From an uncultured Planctomycetota bacterium (lineage in GTDB: Bacteria > Planctomycetota > Planctomycetia > Isosphaerales > Isosphaeraceae): 64,000 nt of DNA. The position numbers and the translations under genes were made by a program. Every line of letters starts with the position of its first letter. The first letter of the stretch is position 1. This document shows positions 57,523 through 64,000 of this stretch, piece by piece. The stretch covers positions 1,408,001-1,472,000 of the forward strand of contig CAWGMQ010000003.1 in NCBI GenBank assembly GCA_963823665.1, written 5' to 3'. The notes under the pieces were generated by a model. The model made no database searches. It saw only the letters and a list, made by a program, of their open reading frames with translations, and was not told where the DNA came from.

Positions 57523-59816
57523 GTGGCATCTTGGCTGTTGGGTACGAGTTTGACCGCACAGGGGGCGGTTTTTGCCGCGGTGGGGGACCTACCTGCGGGA
57601 GTTTTCTGGATTGTCGGTCTGGTCTTGTGCGCGATCGCAGCCTGGGAGATCGCAGGCTTGCGGTACATCGCGAACAACCGAGTTGGTGTGGTGGAGAAGC
57701 TGTGGTCCGGGAAGGGTTCCGTGCCCGAAGGTGGGATTATCGCACTGAACGGGGAGGCGGGGTTTCAGGCGGAGCTGTTGCGTGGTGGATTGCACTTCGG
57801 CTACTGGCGATGGCAGTTTCGGATCCACAAGATGCCGCTGGTCTCGATACCGCAGGGCAAGATCGGGTATGTGTATGCCCGCGACGGCGAGGCGCTCATG
57901 CCGAGCCAGACGCTGGGCCAGGTGATAGCTTGCAACAACTTTCAGGATGCTCGCGGATTCTTGGGCGGCGCGCTGAACAGCCCGGACCACGAGCCATTGC
58001 GAGGGCAGCGTGGCCGGCAGCGGTCCATCCTGCGAGAAGGCGTTTATGCGATCAACGTCGCGCTCTTCACGGTGATTTCCGAAGATATGGTTTATCGGCT
58101 GGAAGCCGGGGGCGCGAAGGAGTTGAAGGCGCTCGTGCAGTGGCAGAATGACCTGAGCGAAGTGGACGGATTTGATCCGGTCATCATTGGCGGCCCGATC
58201 GAGGCGCCGGACCCGCTCAATCCCGAGAAGAAGACGATCGTCGACAGCCTGGGTATCGTGACGGTGCACGACGGACCCTCGCTGCCGCCGGGTGAGATCA
58301 TCGCGCCGGCTGTGGGTTGCGACCGCAACGACAAGGACTTCCATAACAACTTCCAGGATCCGGAGTCGTTTCTCCGCGCGGGGGGACGGCGGGGCTTGCA
58401 GTATGTTCCGCTGACCGACGGCACGTACTTCATCAACCGCTGGTTCGCATCGATCGAGTCAATTCCCAAGATGATTGTGCCGATCGGATACGTCGGCGTG
58501 GTGGTGAGCTACTACGGCCGCAGCGGAAATGACGTATCGGGGCAGGCGTTCCGCCACGGCGAGCGCGTCGCGGAAGGGGAACGTGGCGTGCAGGAGAAGC
58601 CGCTCGGGCCGGGGAAGTATGCCTTCAACACGTATGCGGGCAACATCGTGCTGGTGCCGACAACGAACTTCGTGCTCCACTGGGTGACTGGACGGACCGA
58701 GTCGCATCGCTACGACGAAAGTCTGCGTTCGATCGAGATGGTCACCAAAGACGCTTACGAGCCGAGCCTGCCGCTTTCGGTGGTCGTCCACATCGATTAT
58801 CAGAAGGCGCCGAACGTCATTCAGCGGTTCGGAGACGTCAAGAAGCTGATCACGCAGACGCTGGACCCGATGCTCAGCGCGTATTTCCGGGACGTGGCCC
58901 ACAAGCGGACGATGCTCGAGCTGTTGCAAAACCGCGACTCGATCCAGCATGAGGCCAGCGGCGAGCTGGGGCGGAAGTTCGGCAACTTTGACATCGAGTG
59001 CGTGGACGTCTTGATCGGCAAACCGGATACGGAACAGGCTGGAGGTAAGATCGAAACGCTTCTCGAACAGTTGCGATTGCGACAGCTTTCGCTCGAGCAA
59101 GTCGAGACTTACACGAAGCAGGTCGCGGCTGCCCAGACTTTGCGCACACTCAACGAGGCGCAGGCGAAGGCCCAGATGCAAACGCAGCTCTCAAACTCGT
59201 TGGTGCAGATCAAGATTGCGGAGAATGAGGCCGAGGCCCAGCTCGCCCGGGCGCGAAGCAGGCCGAGCAAGTTGTGGTGACCGCCGAGGCCGAGAGCGAG
59301 CAGCGGATTCTGGCCGGGCGCGGCGAGGGTGCGAGAATCTTGCAGGAGGGTTTCTCCGAGGCGTCGGTGTTGCTTCGGAAGATCCAGTCGTTTTCCGACC
59401 CGCGTCTTTATGCATTGTCGATCGTGGCGCAAGGGCTCTCGAAGTGCAACCAGCCGCTTGTGCCGGAGCGAGTGTTCATATCGGGCGGCGGCGGTGCGAC
59501 CGGCGGCCCGAGCGACGGAACCACGAACGTCGGGGCGCTTGCGGGCAACGGCGTGTTCGGGCTCTTGCTCAACATGCTGGTCGCGGAGAAATCCGGGTTC
59601 CAGCTCGTCGATCAGCCGGGCGGCGCGGACTTGCGGGAGTTCACCGAAACGGTCGCCAAGCAGGCGATGGACGCGATCAAGAAGGCGGTGGAGACGAGCC
59701 AGACCGCGGCCCCGCACCGGGGCAACGGATCAACGGGCTCGCCGGCGGCCAAGACCCCTCAAGCACCGGTCTTGACGGTGGCGCGGGAGACCACTCCTCC
59801 GAAGCCGACAACATGA
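57523..59816 (+). CDS. SPFH/flotillin-like protein, frameshifted near 59260
   Basis: TM then VGVVEKLWS, GEAGFQA, GQRGRQ, PGKYAFN, VPTTNFVLHW, QTLDPMLSAYFRD; continues as AEAESEQ...PLVPERVF in ORF 59274..59816. Confidence 0.85.
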
Positions 59817-59831
59817 AGTACAGAGCAAACC

Positions 59832-59863
59832 GCGTCGGGGGGGCGTTGAGCCCCCCCGGACGC
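59832..59863. terminator. GC-rich hairpin between convergent genes (terminator or REP-like)
   Basis: GCGTCGGGGGGGC-GTTGA-GCCCCCCCGGACGC; no U-tract. Confidence 0.45.
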
Positions 59864-59870
59864 TCACATT

Positions 59871-60449
59871 TCACCGAGGGAGATGCGGGTACGGCACGGG
59901 AACCGGGAAGGGAATGGGACTGGGCGCGAGAAAGTCTCGGTTGCCGCCGGGTGATCGAATCGAGCCCGGAGCGCGGTTGGCGGTGGTGCTCGTGCTTCCG
60001 CCGCCCAATCCGAAGAACGGCGTGAAATCGGACCTGCGTCCTGGGCGGTAATCAATGCCGGCGAAACTCGCGGCGACGGTCAGCTCGCGATCGATGACCG
60101 ACCCCACCTTGAGCATGTCGGTCTCGCCTTTCTCACGCGTCAGGTCGACATCTCGCACGACGACGTAGTGTCCGGGGTATTTCGCCTGCACGTCCTTCGC
60201 CCACTCATCGACCTTCGCGGTGTATTCTCCCTTCCGAACGTCGTAGATCTGGTACTTGAAGGTGCCGAGCGAGTCATTCTTGCGATACCAAACGGCGACT
60301 TTGAAATCGGCGTGCTGCGCGACGCGCTGGCCGGCTGGACGCGAGCCGGACCGAGCCGCGGCTTCGCCGGGGCCCGCTAATCCCTCCGTTGTGCCAGGAA
60401 CTATGCAGAATGCCAAGAACACCAATGTGTGCAACTGTTTACTCAACAT
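59871..60449 (-). CDS. Secreted hypothetical protein
   Basis: GGAGG RBS, signal peptide, Pro-rich C-terminus. Confidence 0.7.
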   Translation of the reverse strand: MLSKQLHTLVFLAFCIVPGTTEGLAGPGEAAARSGSRPAGQRVAQHADFKVAVWYRKNDSLGTFKYQIYDVRKGEYTAKVDEWAKDVQAKYPGHYVVVRDVDLTREKGETDMLKVGSVIDRELTVAASFAGIDYRPGRRSDFTPFFGLGGGSTSTTANRAPGSIRSPGGNRDFLAPSPIPFPVPVPYPHLPR

Positions 60450-60676
60450 CGTTACCTCCTCCGGCCTTGGTGGCCTGGGACCTTCAGACCATTATACGCG
60501 GTCCGGGTGCCGACAACCTTTCTTTGCATGTGGCAAGCAAACGTCGATCGGTCGGTCCATTGACTTCACGGCTGGTTCGCAGTCTGATGAACGCAGTGCG
60601 GCGGGTGCCGCAAGTTCCGGGGACGCGGGGAATCCTGGTGCGATTTGACGTTGAGCGCAGAAAGCGAGGATTGGCC

Positions 60677-62025
60677 ATGTCGCAGGGCATCAATCGCCGG
60701 CTGTTTTCCAAGAGCGCTCTCACGGCTGCGGCTGCGGCGAGTGCTGCACCTGAGCGGGTGCTCTTGGCGAACGATCAGGTTCGGCTGGGGTTCATCGGCG
60801 TGGGTAATCGCGGGTGCCAGCTCTTGCGTGGATTCCTGCCGCATGCGGATGCGAAGATCGTTGTCGTCTGCGACGTGTACGAGCCGTATTTGAGCGGTCA
60901 CTACGACCGGCTGGACCCGCGGTTTGCGGGGCTGGGCAAGCGTATCGCACAGATGCCGAAACTGCCCGAGGACGTGGCACGCGTGAAAGACTTCCGCGCG
61001 GTGCTGGACCGGAAAGACGTGGATGCCGTTGTGATTGCCACGCCGGATCACTGGCATGCGATCCAGGCGATCGCGGCTTGCAAAGCCGGCAAGGACGTTT
61101 ATGTCGAGAAGCCGCTCTCGATGACGATCATGGAAGGCCGGGCGATGGTCGAGGCGGCCAGGCGGAACGACCGCGTTGTACAAGTTGGCACGCATCGGCG
61201 GTCCTCACGGATGTATGCACGGCTTGCCGAGCTGGTGCGGTCGGGGGCGATCGGCAAGGTGACGGTGGCGCGTGCATCGTTTTGCAGCAACATGGCGACT
61301 GCGGGAATCGGCCATGCCCCGAATCGGAGCCGCCCGAGGGTCTGGATTGGGACGCTTGGCTGGGGCCCCGGCCGATGCGGGCGTTCCAGGCGACGATCAT
61401 GCCGTACAAGTTCCGCTGGTGGCAGCTCTATTCGTCGCAGATTGCCAACTGGGGGGTGCATTATTTCGACGCAATCCGCTGGCTGACGGGTGAGCTGGCG
61501 CCCGAGTCGGTCTCGGCGCACGGCGGGAGGTTTGCAGTCAAGGACGATCGAACGATTCCGGACACGGCAGAAGTGATTTTTGAGCACTCGTCACGCATGC
61601 TCACCCTTTTCAGTCATCACGAGGCCAACGGGCAGCCGATGCTGGGCCGCCGTGCGGAGATCGAGCTGCAGGGAACGATCGGCACGCTTTACGTGGGGGG
61701 CGACCGCTACGAGGTCGTTCCGGAGCGTGGGGGTGCGTTTCAGGACCCGGCGCCGAAGCGGAAAGAAGAGATCGTCAAAGCGAGCGACGGCGACCTCGAT
61801 CAGCAGGCAGCCCGGGATTTTCTCGACTGCGTCAAGAGCCGGAAACGTCCCAATGCGGATGTTGAAGAGGGGCATCGCTCGACGACGTTCGCCCATCTGG
61901 CGAACATCGCTCTGGCTGTGCGACAGCGTCTGGAGTGGGACGCGCAGGCGGAGCGATTCACCAACAGCGAGCAGGCCAATCAACTGCTGCAATACGAATA
62001 TCGCAAGCCGTGGAGCCTGGCGTGA
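60677..62025 (+). CDS. Tat-exported Gfo/Idh/MocA oxidoreductase, frameshifted in a C run near 61320
   Basis: NRRLF Tat motif; GFIGVGNRG, DAVVIATPDHWH, GKDVYVEKP; then LDWDAWLGP, NWGVHYFD, YRKPWSL. Confidence 0.88.
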
Positions 62026-62039
62026 GCCGGAGCGTGGCC

Positions 62040-64000
62040 ATGCATCTGGTCGGAATTCCGGTGTTCCTGGCGGGCCTCGGACTTGCTGTGTTCGATGGGG
62101 GTACGACGCTCAAGGATCAGCTCGCTCGCGAAGGTGCGGCCGTGCTGGCCAAGGCGGCCATGTCCAGTGGCGACGCGCGCCGTGGTGCGATCGCGTTTTA
62201 TCAGCCCCAACTCATGTGCGTGACGTGTCATCGCGAGGGAGAGACCGGTGAAGGGCTGGGCCCGGACCTTGCGGCGGTGGGCAAGACCGCAGCGGGTGTG
62301 CTTGTTGTCGAAGCCATTCTGGAGCCCTCGAAGACGATTCGCAAAGGGTATGAGACTGTGACCGTGGTGACGAAGGATGGAAAGACGCTCTCCGGGCGGC
62401 TGCTGGAAGAGCGTCCGGAGGCGATCGTGCTGCGCGAGTCTGCGTCGCAAGGCAAGTCGATCACGATCGCGCGGGCGGATATTGACGAGCGGCGCGACAA
62501 GGGCCCATCGCTCATGCCCGAGGGTCTGGTGAATCAGCTTGGCTCGCGGCAGCAATTCCTCGACCTCGTGCGCTATTTGATGGAGATCGCCGATCGCGGG
62601 CCGGCACGCGCGCTGGAATTGCGGCCCGCTTCCGGGACGATCGGCATTGCACCATTGCCCGGCTATGAGGCTGATCTGGACCATGCCGGGATCATCGCCG
62701 ATCTGGGTGCCCGTAGCTTCGGGCGCGGCCGTCGAATTTACGAGCGCGTCTGCGCGAACTGTCACGGCACCAAGGATCGCCCCGGCTCGTTGCCCTCGTC
62801 ACTCCGTTTCGCGTCGGGTGTGTTCAAGAATGGGTCTGATCCGTATCGGATGTATCAGACGCTGACGCTGGGCTTGGGCCAGATGGCGCCGCAGACCTGG
62901 ATGGTGCCAATGCAGAAGTATGATGTGATCCACTACATCCGCGAAGAGTACTTGAAAGCCACGAATTCCACACAATATTCGCGGATTGATCGTGGCTATC
63001 TGGACCGATTGCCGAAGGGAAGAACGCGAGGCCCGGCGCCGGCGGCCATGGATCCGTGGATCGCAATGGATTACGGTCCGAGCTTGATGGCGACGGTGGA
63101 AGCCGGTGACGACGGCACAAACATCGCGTACAAGGGAATCGCGGTGCGGCTCGATCCTGGGCCGGGCGGGGTCTCGCGCGGGCGGGCCTGGTCGCTTTTC
63201 GAGCATGACACACTGCGGCTCGCGGCTACGTGGACGGGCGAGGGTTTCATCGATTGGGAAGGCATCAACTTCAACGGGAAGCACCAGGTGCACCCACGAG
63301 TTGTGGGGCTGGTCCGGGTTGCGAATCCGTCCGGCCCCGGCTGGGGGAACCCGGAGACCGGCGGCTTCGATGACCCTCGACCCAGGGGCCGGGACGGCCG
63401 CCCATTTGGCCCGCTGCCGCGGCGCTGGGGACACTACAGAGGCTTGTATCAAAGTGGCGGGAAGACGATTCTGTCCTACACGGTCGGCACGACGGCGGTG
63501 CTCGAGACCCCGGGTCTGGAGGACTTCGGACCGACGCCGGTCTTCACTCGGTCGTTCGAGATCGGGCCTCGCGAGCGTGATCTGGTGTTGCAGGTCGCGC
63601 ATCTGCCGGGTGCGCCGGCCTCCTTGCGCATCGTGAAGACGGACGCTTCGGGCGAGGCCGTTTTATTCGGCGCCTTACTGGCGCCGGCCCGGGTGCAGCA
63701 CCGACAGTGGCCATCAACTCAGTGCACACCGGCAATGACGCGAAGTCATCCGGGAGCGGGGGTGTCCGGGCGATCCAGCGCCAGTACGCGACATCCGGGG
63801 CCGCGGAAATCGTCGCTGCCGGCCTGTCGAGTGCAGCGGTCGGATTCACGTGGAACACTGCGGAGCACGGGAATCTCCGGCTGACTGTTCCCAAGGGTCC
63901 AGAGGCCATCCGTTTCACGCTCTGGATCTGCGGGGCCTCGACGGAGGCGGAAGCGCTCGCAGCAGCCAACTCGATCAGACGCGGGGAACCAGCCCCGGTG
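62040..64000 (+). CDS. Cytochrome c / DUF6797-type protein, running off the window end with a frameshift near 63700
   Basis: CVTCH and CANCH heme motifs; GPDL, SLMPEGL, FKNGSDPY.MYQTL, MDYGP, NIAYKGIAVRLD. Confidence 0.82.

Noticed and set aside
1..64000. tRNA, rRNA or prophage genes
   Set aside because: No cloverleaf, rRNA-like or phage structural signatures were recognised

Overview
High-GC planctomycete DNA, most likely Isosphaeraceae (Singulisphaera/Aquisphaera-like). The assignment is inferred from five genes with the planctomycete 'E.LE.R.LLS' N-terminal motif, an ECF sigma factor with a long C-terminal extension, a PEP-CTERM protein and a DUF6797-type cytochrome c protein. The window is mostly accessory DNA. 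It holds large secreted or surface proteins, an IS1182-family element inserted exactly in the loop of a REP-like hairpin, and a run of short, often truncated genes at 10-15 kb. It also has a YhcG nuclease, a solitary CAP12-type TIR protein with an unrecognised C-terminal domain, an ADP-ribosyltransferase-like gene pair, and a TPR-sulfotransferase / dockerin-bearing Gly-rich adhesin / cohesin-like PEP-CTERM cluster. Further along are an orphan HicB, a decayed BlaI-BlaR1 pair, and a single-ORF fusion of both NHLP-type ABC transporter subunits with no visible HlyD or precursor. Several REP-like palindrome families and short local duplication scars sit at rearrangement junctions. About a dozen single-base frameshifts in otherwise intact genes suggest long-read consensus errors, so frameshift-based pseudogene calls are tentative. 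No rRNA, tRNA or CRISPR array was seen. All family assignments come from motif recognition by eye, not from database searches.
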